A DNA stretch of 64,000 bases from Ignavibacteria bacterium RIFCSPLOWO2_12_FULL_56_21 (GCA_001802945.1 MHAK01000075.1:4053-68052); one strand, 5' to 3'; numbered from the stretch's first letter, positions 36,090-44,158 are shown. Numbers and translations: made by a program. Notes: generated by a model not told the origin, from the letters alone.

Positions 36090-36635
36090 ATGAACGACGC
36101 TGAAGATGTTGAGCTCGTCCGCAAATGTGCGGCCGGCAATACTCTCGCGTTTGGGGAATTGGTAGAGCGGTACACGCCCCAGGTATTCAGCGCGACGTAC
36201 CGGATCCTTTGGGATCGGGAAGAAGCCGCGGACGCTACGCAGCAGGCCTTCCTGAAGGCGTTCGAAAACCTCGGCAGCTACGACGAACGAAAGCGTTTCT
36301 TCACTTGGTTGTATACGATAGCAGTGCGGACAGCACTGAACGCCGCGCGACAACGGCGAGATCACGAGGAACTTGACGAGGACGAGCCTTCCACCGGCGC
36401 CCTCGACCACGACGGACTGGAATCAAACGACCGTCAGCGAATCATCCGGACGGCGCTGTCACGGCTTCCTGCAGACCTTCGAGCACCGCTTGTGCTCTTT
36501 CATTATGACGATTGCTCATACCGCGAGATCGCGGAGCTTGTGGGGACAACCGAGGCACGCGTGAGGTCCCGGATCTTTGAGGCCCGGAAGCGGATGAAGA
36601 AACTCCTAGAACGATCGGGATATGAACGTGATTGA
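36090..36635 (+). CDS. ECF-type RNA polymerase sigma factor
   Basis: ATG at 36090. Region 2: FGELVERYTPQVFSATYRIL...AADATQQAFLKAFENL...FFTWLYTIAVRTALN. Region 4: LPADLRAPLVLFHYDDCSYREIAELVGTTEARVRSRIFEARKRM. Confidence 0.85.
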   Translation: MNDAEDVELVRKCAAGNTLAFGELVERYTPQVFSATYRILWDREEAADATQQAFLKAFENLGSYDERKRFFTWLYTIAVRTALNAARQRRDHEELDEDEPSTGALDHDGLESNDRQRIIRTALSRLPADLRAPLVLFHYDDCSYREIAELVGTTEARVRSRIFEARKRMKKLLERSGYERD

Positions 36636-37848
36636 CCATCAGCTTCAAGACATTCTTGCCCGCCGTGTGCGTGGCAAAGCATCTGCCGGCGATGAGCGAA
36701 TACTCGCCGCGGCCCTCGATTCCTCCCCAGAACTGCGGAAGGAAGCCGAAACGTTTGAACGGATCTTCCGAGACATCACAACCCTGCACGTTCCCGATCC
36801 ACCGTCGAATATGCGTGCAAGCGTATTATCTGCGTTGCCGGGACGGGGAGCCAAGAAATATATTGTTGTTCCATTGTACTCACATTTCAAGGAGGCTGTC
36901 ATGGACAGGAAAAAGTATGCTGCGCTGGTGGGGATCGCGGCCGTCGCCGTTGCGGTCATCATCGTCATCTCCCAGAATTATCCGCCCCCGGCGGGCGAGG
37001 AGAGCGCCGGCACCATCGGCGGCGCGAAGAAGGCCGAAAAGTATCGTTCTGAGCAAATGGGTTCCGGCGATGTCGTCCTGAAGAATGAATCCTTTCAGCG
37101 GCTGTTGCAGGACGATGAGTTCCAGAAGCTGATCGGGAATCCGGAATTCCAAAACGCCCTGAGCAATGCCGCGTTCTGGCAGGCCCTGGCTTCCGCGGAA
37201 TTGCGCGAAGCGCTCGCGAGCCAGGCCGTGCGCGATGCGTTGTCGAGCGCGGCGGTGAGAGATGCGCTTGCCGGACAGGCGATGCGTGATGCACTCGCTT
37301 CACAGGCAGTTCGCGATGCCCTCGCAAGCTCGGCAGTCCGCGAAGCGCTATCGAGCGCTGCGTTGCGTGATGCATTGCAGAGCTCAGCTGTTCGCGATGC
37401 CCTGTCAAGCGCGGAGTTGAGAAGTGCGCTGAAGAACGCTGAAGCGCGTGAAGCGTTGAAGAACGCCGAAGTACGCGAGGCGCTCAAGAATGCCGAAGTA
37501 CGTGAAGCATTGTCCAGTGCAGCCGTCCGCGAAGCCCTTTCCAGCGCGGCCATGCGTGAAGCCCTGTCGAACGCCCAGGTCCGCGAAGCGCTTGCAAGCG
37601 CCGAACTTCGTGAAGCGCTGAAGAACGCAGAGGTTCGCGAAGCCCTTGCCAATTCGTCTGTGCGCGAAGCGCTGGCGAGTGCCGAGGTTCGCGAGGCCCT
37701 TGCGAACGCGGAAGTCCGCTCGATGCTGGCAAACAGCGAGATGCGCCAGTCGCTGGCAAATGCGGAAGTGCGCGAAGCACTAAGCAGCGCCGCGCTGCGC
37801 GATGCGCTGAAGAACGGCGAGCTGCAATCGTCGCTGAGGAGCGAATAG
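36622..37848 (+). CDS. Putative single-pass anti-sigma factor whose entire extracytoplasmic part is a nonapeptide-repeat array
   Basis: 14-nt overlap with the ECF sigma gene. About 95-aa cytoplasmic N-domain, TM helix AALVGIAAVAVAVIIVI, then 28 x 9-aa repeats to the stop. Confidence 0.65.
   Translation: MNVIDHQLQDILARRVRGKASAGDERILAAALDSSPELRKEAETFERIFRDITTLHVPDPPSNMRASVLSALPGRGAKKYIVVPLYSHFKEAVMDRKKYAALVGIAAVAVAVIIVISQNYPPPAGEESAGTIGGAKKAEKYRSEQMGSGDVVLKNESFQRLLQDDEFQKLIGNPEFQNALSNAAFWQALASAELREALASQAVRDALSSAAVRDALAGQAMRDALASQAVRDALASSAVREALSSAALRDALQSSAVRDALSSAELRSALKNAEAREALKNAEVREALKNAEVREALSSAAVREALSSAAMREALSNAQVREALASAELREALKNAEVREALANSSVREALASAEVREALANAEVRSMLANSEMRQSLANAEVREALSSAALRDALKNGELQSSLRSE
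37090..37845 (+). repeat. 28 tandem, in-frame 27-nt repeats encoding the nonapeptide x-(V/L/M)-R-(E/D)-A-L-x-x-x
   Basis: Counted directly: aa 157-408 split into 28 units with no indel (SFQRLLQDD, EFQKLIGNP, ... AVRDALSSA, EVREALKNA, ... ELQSSLRSE). 28 x 27 = 756 nt = 37090..37845. Confidence 0.9.
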
Positions 37849-37920
37849 GGCGGAGTAGAGCGGGAGGATGTGAGACGCGAGATATGAGAAGTGAAAAGAA
37901 GGGATGCTGTATGACAAGGA

Positions 37921-37948
37921 GCCCCGGGAATTCTCCCGGGGCTTTTTG
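37921..37948 (+). terminator. Rho-independent terminator after the sigma/anti-sigma operon
   Basis: GCCCCGGGA (37921-37929), loop ATTC, TCCCGGGGC (37934-37942), then TTTTTG. Confidence 0.8.
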
Positions 37949-38165
37949 TTGAACGAAGCCAAACCGCATCACGAATAACGCATTGCGTATTATGCATCAC
38001 GGTTCACAAAACCCCCTCTTCCGTATCTCCAACCCCGGATTTCCAGGGAAATGCCATATAACCGTTTGACCACGTAACGATTTAGCTTATCTCCAATACC
38101 TCTTCACCCTTGCCTTTCGTAGCAAAGATTGACAAACTTTGGCCTCCGCGCCGCCAAGGAGGCTC

Positions 38166-41126
38166 ATGAACCTACTGTTCGGTAACATCCCCACCCGCAA
38201 GTCCAGCGCGCGATTCGCGCTGCTCCTGCTGATTGTCTTCGCCCCGCCGTTGCAGGGACAGAAGCTGTATTCCCTCCAGACGAAACGGATGAACCTCGTC
38301 TCCTACGACGCGGCCGCCTCGTATGTCCTTCCCCATGTGGGCCGATGTTTCGAGAACGCCATTTCCTTCCACGAAAAGCTGTTCGGTTATCAGTGCGAAG
38401 GACAGATCGCCGTTCTGCTCAATGATTTCAACGATTTCGGCAATGGCGCCGCGGGCGTTGTCCCCCAAAACCTCGTCAGCCTCGGCATGTCCCCCATCAG
38501 CATGTCCTTCGAAACGCTCCCGTCGAATGAGCGGTTCAACTGGATCATGAACCACGAGCTGGTGCATATCGTCTCCCTCGACCAGGCAGCCGGCCGCGAC
38601 AGATTTTTTCGTTCGATCTTCTTTGGGAAGGTCTCGCCGAAACACGAACAACCCCTCTCGATGATCTATTCGTACTACACGGCTCCACGCACCTATTCCA
38701 CGCGATGGTATCGCGAAGGACTCGCAGTCTTCATCGAAACATGGATGGCCGGAGGGCTGGGACGCGCGCTCGGGTCCTACGATGAAATGGTCTTCCGCAC
38801 GATGGTCCGCGATTCCGCGTTCTTTTACGACCCGATCGGACTCGAATCGGAGGGAACAAAGGTCGATTTCCAGGTCGGCGCCAACGCATATCTCTACGGC
38901 ACGAGATTCATGACGTACCTTGTGTACACCTACGGACCGGCAAAATTCATGGAGTGGATCCGAAGGGTCGACGGCAGCGAAGCACACTACGCCGCGCAGT
39001 TTGAAAAGGTCTATGGCCGTCCCATGGATGAGGAATGGGAGACGTGGATCGCGTTCGAACACACATGGCAGAACATGAATTTGGATTCCATCCGTACGAC
39101 GTCGGTAACCCCTGTACGTCCGATCACCCACCAGGTACTCGGATCGGTCTCGAGGTCCATACTCGACAGCTCGGCGGGAGTCCTGTATGCCGGCGTCAAT
39201 TATCCGGGACAGGTCGCGCATCTCGCAGCCATATCGTTGAAGGATGGAAACGTCCGGCCGATCTGCGAGGTCACGGGAGGAGCCCTCTACGATGTCACAT
39301 CCCTCGCGTACGATCCGGTGTCCTCGACCCTGTTCTACACAACGAACAACAATTCGTGGAGAAATTTGGAAAGCTACAATCTGAAGACCGGCAAGCGAGG
39401 TCAGATCATGCACGAGGGCCGGGTAGGTGACATTGTATTCCGACCCGAGGACCGGTCGTTGTGGGGGATCCGACACTTCAACGGCATAGCAACCATAGTC
39501 CGTATTCCCCCTCCACACAATGAATGGAAACAGGTCCATTCATTCCCGTACGGGAAAGTCCTGTTCGACATCGATATTTCCCCCGACGGAAAGAATCTGT
39601 CGGGTACATTGACCGATGAGAGAGGAAGGCAACAGTTGGTGGAATTCAGCATCGACAGCCTGCTGTCAGGAAATGCAGTCATGACGTCGCTGTTCGATTT
39701 TGAAAACAGTGTGCCGGCTTCCTTTGTATATGCGCCGCGTGAAAACGCGATGTACGGCACCTCCTACTTCACGGGAGTGTCAAACGTCTATCGGTACGAC
39801 CGTGCAACAAAGGAAATGGACATAGTCACGAACAGCGAATCGGGCTTCTTCCGTCCGATCCCATATGGCACGGACTCTTTGATCGTCTTCGCCTTCAGCG
39901 GAAAAGGCTTCGTGCCGTCCCTCGTTGCGAACAGGAAACAGACGAACGTTGGCGCCATCACCTTCCTCGGGAATTCGACGATCGTTCGATATCCGGAATT
40001 GCAGGAGTGGAATGTCGGTTCTCCGGCGAGAGTGCCGTTCGATTCCCTCACCACCTTCGACGGCGCGTACTCACCGATGTCGCATGTGTCGCTCGTGTCC
40101 GCGTATCCGATGGCTGAAGGGTACAAAGATGCCGTCGCTGCGGGATGGCGATTCAATTTCGCCGACCGGCTGTATTTGAACACGATCGACGTCGACGTGT
40201 CCTATTCATCGCATTCGTATTTGAAGTCCGACGAACGGCTTCATGTCGCCACACGGTATCGCGGCTGGGGATGGACGGTGACGGCGGCGTATAACGGTGC
40301 AGATTTCTACGACCTGTTCGGTCCGGTGAAGACGGGTCGCAAAGGATACTGGGCGAAAGTGGAAAAACGCTCGACGTTGCTCTTCAACGAGCCGGAAATC
40401 CTTGAATCACATCTGTCGGTTGCGGGTTACGGCGGTCTGGAACGATTGCCCGAGGCTCAGAACATAGCGGCCTCCTTCGACCGCATGTATACAATCAGCG
40501 GCGGGATTCAATACAAATTCCTTCGGAAGTCCCTGGGGGGAGTGGAGGATGAAAAAGGGACGACGTGGTATGCCCACGTGGACAACCGGTTCGTCCGTTC
40601 GCAGGTGTTTACCCTCCTGGACGGAGGCTTCGACATCGGCATTCCTTTGCCCCTGGGTCATTCATCGATATGGCTCCGTTCGGCGGCCGGGACGTCGTTC
40701 GGCGGCCGGTCCGATCCGTTCGCAAACTTCTATTTCGGCGGTTTTGGCAACAACTATGTCGACTATCGGGATTCCAAGAGGTACCGCGAGACCGGAAGTT
40801 TTCCTGGTCTCGCCATCGACGGCGTCGGCGGCGGGAATTTCGGCAAAGGGATGGTCGAATGGGTTGCCCCGCCTATTCGATTTCGCAGATTCGGACTTCC
40901 GAAGTTGTATGCCTCGTTCATCCATTGTTCGGCGTTTCTGTCGGGAATCGTGACGAACGCCGATAGGAGCGCGTTGCGAGCATCCGCCCTCAGTGCCGGC
41001 GTTCAAGCGGATGTACGTCTCGTTGCGTTCTCATCGCTCGATGCAACGTTCTCAGTGGGCTATGCGATTGCGTCGGAATCGGGCAATCGAACGGATGAGG
41101 TCATGGCATCGCTGAGAATCCAATGA
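38166..41126 (+). CDS. Large secreted/outer-membrane protein: gluzincin-like HExxH domain + beta-propeller region + C-terminal Omp85-like beta-barrel
   Basis: ATG at 38166 preceded by AAGGAGG. Signal-like FALLLLIVFAPPLQGQ. WIMNHELVHIV (HExxH) plus downstream REGLAVFIE. TolB-like repeats (LFYTTNNNSWRNLESYNL..., DISPDGKNLSGTL). The C-terminal third has alternating beta-strand character with FYFGGFGNNYVDY. Confidence 0.6.
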   Translation: MNLLFGNIPTRKSSARFALLLLIVFAPPLQGQKLYSLQTKRMNLVSYDAAASYVLPHVGRCFENAISFHEKLFGYQCEGQIAVLLNDFNDFGNGAAGVVPQNLVSLGMSPISMSFETLPSNERFNWIMNHELVHIVSLDQAAGRDRFFRSIFFGKVSPKHEQPLSMIYSYYTAPRTYSTRWYREGLAVFIETWMAGGLGRALGSYDEMVFRTMVRDSAFFYDPIGLESEGTKVDFQVGANAYLYGTRFMTYLVYTYGPAKFMEWIRRVDGSEAHYAAQFEKVYGRPMDEEWETWIAFEHTWQNMNLDSIRTTSVTPVRPITHQVLGSVSRSILDSSAGVLYAGVNYPGQVAHLAAISLKDGNVRPICEVTGGALYDVTSLAYDPVSSTLFYTTNNNSWRNLESYNLKTGKRGQIMHEGRVGDIVFRPEDRSLWGIRHFNGIATIVRIPPPHNEWKQVHSFPYGKVLFDIDISPDGKNLSGTLTDERGRQQLVEFSIDSLLSGNAVMTSLFDFENSVPASFVYAPRENAMYGTSYFTGVSNVYRYDRATKEMDIVTNSESGFFRPIPYGTDSLIVFAFSGKGFVPSLVANRKQTNVGAITFLGNSTIVRYPELQEWNVGSPARVPFDSLTTFDGAYSPMSHVSLVSAYPMAEGYKDAVAAGWRFNFADRLYLNTIDVDVSYSSHSYLKSDERLHVATRYRGWGWTVTAAYNGADFYDLFGPVKTGRKGYWAKVEKRSTLLFNEPEILESHLSVAGYGGLERLPEAQNIAASFDRMYTISGGIQYKFLRKSLGGVEDEKGTTWYAHVDNRFVRSQVFTLLDGGFDIGIPLPLGHSSIWLRSAAGTSFGGRSDPFANFYFGGFGNNYVDYRDSKRYRETGSFPGLAIDGVGGGNFGKGMVEWVAPPIRFRRFGLPKLYASFIHCSAFLSGIVTNADRSALRASALSAGVQADVRLVAFSSLDATFSVGYAIASESGNRTDEVMASLRIQ

Positions 41127-42142
41127 CGACTGCTGTGCAGGTGCTGTTGTCGGTCGGGGCGAGCATCTTGCCGGTCGCGGTGTTTCTCGGCGGTCTTGTC
41201 GTTCTCGACAGTTACAAGCTGGTCAGACGGAACGACGTCCTGTTGTCGCTGGCCGTCGGAGCGGTCGCAGCCTTTGCTTCGCTGGCGGTGTACAAAGCCG
41301 TCCTGGCCCTTTCCGGCATCGCTCTCGAAACGTACATTCGGTATGTGGCTCCTTTGGTGGAAGAATCGTTGAAGGCCGCGTATATCATTGTTCTCCTGCG
41401 GCGCAAGTCGGTTGGATTTCTTGTCGATGCCGGAATCATCGGTTTTGCCCTGGGGGCGGGTTTTGCCATCGTCGAGAACACGACGTATGTGATGGAACTG
41501 GCGTCCGCTAGTCCGGCGGTGTGGATCGTCCGAGGATTCGGGACGGCCGTCATGCACGGTGGAACGACGGCGCTGGTAGCGATCGTAGCCAAGAGCGTGG
41601 CCGACGCCAGGTCGACGGAAAACATGCTCATCGCGCTGCCGGGCCTGGGTATTGCGGCGGTGCTTCACTCGTTCTTCAATCATTTCTTCTTCACTCCGAT
41701 CATCAATACTGCCGTGATCCTCCTGGGCATTCCGCTGGCGCTTGGAGGCGCATTCATGGAGAGTGAGAAACGGACCCAGGAATGGCTGGGAGCGGGGTTC
41801 GACAGCGACGCCAATCTGCTTGCCACCATTCTCAAGGGTAATGTTGCGCAAACGCCGGTCGGTCAATTTCTTGATTCGCTGCAGCAGAGGTTCACGCCGG
41901 AGGTGGTCGTCGATCTTCTCTGTTATCTCCGTCTCCATTGTGAGTTGGCGATCCAGGCGAAGGGCGTTCTCATGATGCGGTCGACGGGATTCGACGTCCC
42001 TCTTGATCCTACGGTTTCCGACAAGTTCAAGGAGCTGACGTACCTCGAGCACTCGATCGGAGCGACGGGGAAGCTTGCGCTGCGGCCGATCATTCGCAGC
42101 TCGAGCCAGGATGTGTGGCAGCTGCGGGTGCTGCAGGCGTAG
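41123..42142 (+). CDS. PrsW-family intramembrane metalloprotease
   Basis: ATGA overlap with the upstream gene. Polytopic. Signature EESLKAAYIIVLLRR, GFALGAGFAIVENTTYV and GFGTAVMHGGTTALVA. Confidence 0.8.
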   Translation: MTTAVQVLLSVGASILPVAVFLGGLVVLDSYKLVRRNDVLLSLAVGAVAAFASLAVYKAVLALSGIALETYIRYVAPLVEESLKAAYIIVLLRRKSVGFLVDAGIIGFALGAGFAIVENTTYVMELASASPAVWIVRGFGTAVMHGGTTALVAIVAKSVADARSTENMLIALPGLGIAAVLHSFFNHFFFTPIINTAVILLGIPLALGGAFMESEKRTQEWLGAGFDSDANLLATILKGNVAQTPVGQFLDSLQQRFTPEVVVDLLCYLRLHCELAIQAKGVLMMRSTGFDVPLDPTVSDKFKELTYLEHSIGATGKLALRPIIRSSSQDVWQLRVLQA

Positions 42143-42163
42143 GGGGCCGATGTAGAAGAAATA

Positions 42164-42203
42164 ATCCACGAAGGACCACGAATATGAACTAAGCACCACG
42201 AAT
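42164..42203 (-). repeat. Left decamer array (4 x 10 bp) flanking the GxxExxY cassette
   Basis: Minus strand reads ATTCGTGGTG CTTAGTTCAT ATTCGTGGTC CTTCGTGGAT. Inverted relative to the array at 42663-42702. Includes a perfect 14-bp inverted repeat: CCACGAAGGACCAC (42166-42179) versus GTGGTCCTTCGTGG (42687-42700). Confidence 0.85.
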
Positions 42204-42244
42204 GTGATTTGCTAGTACTTTCGTTCAAGAAGGGGGGTGATAAA

Positions 42245-42628
42245 GTGAATCACGTAGATCTGTTGTTCAAGGAGGAAGTGTATCGCATTATTGGCGCAGC
42301 AATAGAGGTACACTCGGAACTGGGTCCCGGATTCCTTGAAGCGGTATATCACGAGGCACTGGAGATTGTCTTCACTGAAAAAGGAATTCCATTCAAGTCA
42401 CACGAAAAACTCTCCATACCATTTAGGGGCCGTATTCTCAAGAAGAAACACGAAGCTGATTTCGTCTGTTTTGAGGAGATAGTAGTGGATATCAAGGCTG
42501 CGACAAGACTCATCTCAGATGACGATGCAGTCATGCTCAATTACCTAAGAACTACTCGCAAACGGCTTGGAATATTGATCAATTTTGGCAGCACCAAAAA
42601 ACTGGAATGGAAGCGACTAATCAGCTAA
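42245..42628 (+). CDS. GxxExxY protein (PD-(D/E)XK-like small protein family)
   Basis: GTG at 42245 after AAGGGGGGTGA. VYRIIGAAIEVHSELGPGFLEAVYHEALEIVFTEKGIPF...EADFVCFEEIVVDIKA...MLNYLRTTRKRLGILINFG...EWKRLI. Visibly lower GC than both neighbouring genes. Confidence 0.85.
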   Translation: MNHVDLLFKEEVYRIIGAAIEVHSELGPGFLEAVYHEALEIVFTEKGIPFKSHEKLSIPFRGRILKKKHEADFVCFEEIVVDIKAATRLISDDDAVMLNYLRTTRKRLGILINFGSTKKLEWKRLIS

Positions 42629-42662
42629 ACGTCCTCTACATTGTTCAGTCGTTCACTTTTCT

Positions 42663-42702
42663 CTTCGTGTACCTTAGTGATTCTTAGTGGTCCTTCGTGG
42701 AC
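42663..42702 (+). repeat. Right decamer array (4 x 10 bp) flanking the GxxExxY cassette
   Basis: CTTCGTGTAC CTTAGTGATT CTTAGTGGTC CTTCGTGGAC, read directly from the sequence. Confidence 0.85.
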
Positions 42703-42725
42703 AATCTCCTTCACAGGCTTCTACG

Positions 42726-43973
42726 ATGCAAAAGCTGACCGCCGACCGACTTGAGTTGCTGATCGAGTCCTCGAAGATTCTGAACTCGACCCTCGACCTG
42801 GACAAACTGCTCTCGATCATTCTCGATTTGACCGCGCGCAACCTGGAGGCGGAGCGGGGAACGATCTACCTTCTCGACGAAGAGCGCAACGAACTGTGGT
42901 CGAAGGTTGTCAAGGGGGACGGGCTGGCTGAGATCCGCCTCCCGGTGGGGAACGGCATTGCGGGAGCTGTTGCCCTGACGGGAGAGACAGTCAATCTTAA
43001 GAACGTGCAAAGCGACCCTCGATTCGACCGGTCGTTCGACGCACGGTCGGGGTACACAACGAATTCGATGCTCTGCATGCCGATGAAGAACAATCAGGGA
43101 AAAATCATCGGCGTATACCAGGTGATCAACGACAGGTCGGGAGGGTTCGACCGGGCGGACGAGATGTTCCTCGCGGCGTTCTCAGAGCAGGTCTCCGTGG
43201 CGATCGAGAACGCGCGACTGCACAGCGCTGCCTTGGAACATGAGAGGACCACCAAAGAGCTTCAGATCGCCGCGCAAATCCAGCAGCGGCTTATTCCCAA
43301 GACGCTCCCGGTGATCGCGGGATACGAGACTGCCGCCAGTGCGCTGCCCAGCAAGGCGATCGGCGGCGATTTTTACGACGTCGTCCCGATCGAGAAGAGC
43401 ATCGTGGTGTTTGCGATTGCAGACGTCTCGGGGAAAGGCATACCGGCCGCGCTGCTTGTCTCGACACTCCATGCCTCGTTCCGCGCGTATCTGGAAAGTT
43501 CGATCGGCCTCGTCGAGCTTGCCCGGAAACTGAACGACCTGGTACATGACAACAGTCCGGAGGAGCAGTACATCACGTTCTTCTTAATGGCACTGGACAC
43601 GGTGTCGCACAAGATCTCGTATGTCAACGCCGGACACTGTTTTCCGCTCATCCGACGGAGGTCGGACGGATCTTTCCTTGAGCTGCAGGCGAGCGGTCTG
43701 CCGCTCGGACTGATGCGTGACATGGGATATGAGTTGGGAACGGTCAACATCGAACCCGGCGACGTTCTGACGATGTATACCGACGGCATTACCGAAGCCA
43801 TCAACTCCAAGGACGAACAGTTTGAGGAATGTCGGCTCAAGTCGGCTCTTTCCGGAGCGGCTGGAAAGCCCGCAGTCGACGTTCACGCCCGCATCGTGTC
43901 GGACCTTTCGGCATTTGTCGGCACGACCCCCGCGGCGGACGATGCGACGATTGTTATACTGAAGAGAACATAG
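42726..43973 (+). CDS. GAF + PP2C (SpoIIE/RsbU-type) serine phosphatase
   Basis: ATG at 42726. GAF: LDLDKLLSIILDLTARNLEAERGTIYLLDE...GIAGAVALTGE...MLCMPM. PP2C: GGDFYDV...ADVSGKGIPAALLVSTL...NAGHCFPLI...TMYTDGITEA...DDATIVILKR. Paralogue of the C-terminal two-thirds of the 9984-11678 product. Confidence 0.85.
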   Translation: MQKLTADRLELLIESSKILNSTLDLDKLLSIILDLTARNLEAERGTIYLLDEERNELWSKVVKGDGLAEIRLPVGNGIAGAVALTGETVNLKNVQSDPRFDRSFDARSGYTTNSMLCMPMKNNQGKIIGVYQVINDRSGGFDRADEMFLAAFSEQVSVAIENARLHSAALEHERTTKELQIAAQIQQRLIPKTLPVIAGYETAASALPSKAIGGDFYDVVPIEKSIVVFAIADVSGKGIPAALLVSTLHASFRAYLESSIGLVELARKLNDLVHDNSPEEQYITFFLMALDTVSHKISYVNAGHCFPLIRRRSDGSFLELQASGLPLGLMRDMGYELGTVNIEPGDVLTMYTDGITEAINSKDEQFEECRLKSALSGAAGKPAVDVHARIVSDLSAFVGTTPAADDATIVILKRT

Positions 43974-44009
43974 AAGGTAAGAGGTGAGAGGCAAAAGGGG
44001 GGAGGATAA

Positions 44010-44107
44010 CTGCCAACTGCCAAGTGCCAACGGCCAAACGCCAGCTGCCAAGAGCCAACTGCCATCTCACAATTGCCAATCGTCAATCTTCAATCGACAA
44101 TACCAAA
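44010..44107 (+). repeat. 14 tandem heptanucleotide repeats (consensus CTGCCAA, decaying 3'-ward)
   Basis: CTGCCAA CTGCCAA GTGCCAA CGGCCAA ACGCCAG CTGCCAA GAGCCAA CTGCCAT CTCACAA TTGCCAA TCGTCAA TCTTCAA TCGACAA TACCAAA. Intergenic, between convergent genes. Confidence 0.9.
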
Positions 44108-44124
44108 GACTCTCATGAAAAGTC

Positions 44125-44158
44125 CGGCCCGGAGAGCATACCGGGCCGTTGTGTTTTT
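44125..44158 (+). terminator. Probable rho-independent terminator after the heptamer tract
   Basis: CGGCCCGG (44125-44132), loop AGAGCATA, CCGGGCCG (44141-44148), then TTGTGTTTTT. Confidence 0.6.

Noticed and set aside
37090-37845. Possibility that the 27-nt periodic array is a CRISPR array
   Set aside because: There is no repeat/spacer alternation. The units are contiguous, diverged, in frame with an upstream TM segment and translate to a coherent nonapeptide repeat. No cas genes are present in the window.
37095-38000. 301-aa minus-strand ORF (Ser/Ala/Arg repeats) opposite the anti-sigma repeat array
   Set aside because: It is open only because the 27-nt repeat lacks stop codons in that frame. 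It runs through the plus-strand terminator at 37921-37948 and has no start context.
38172-39539. 455-aa minus-strand ORF antisense to the HExxH/propeller gene
   Set aside because: It has no recognisable domain and an Arg/Gly/Asp-rich composition. The sense strand has a signal peptide, an RBS and coherent domain structure.
41060-42199. 379-aa minus-strand ORF antisense to the PrsW gene
   Set aside because: It is extremely Arg/Asp/Gln-rich, while the plus strand gives a clean polytopic PrsW protease with family signatures.
44010-44107. Heptamer tract as a CRISPR array or as coding sequence (track ORFs 43883-44086 and 43584-44051)
   Set aside because: The 7-bp units have no spacers. The period is not divisible by 3. 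The overlapping ORFs are low-complexity translations of the repeat.
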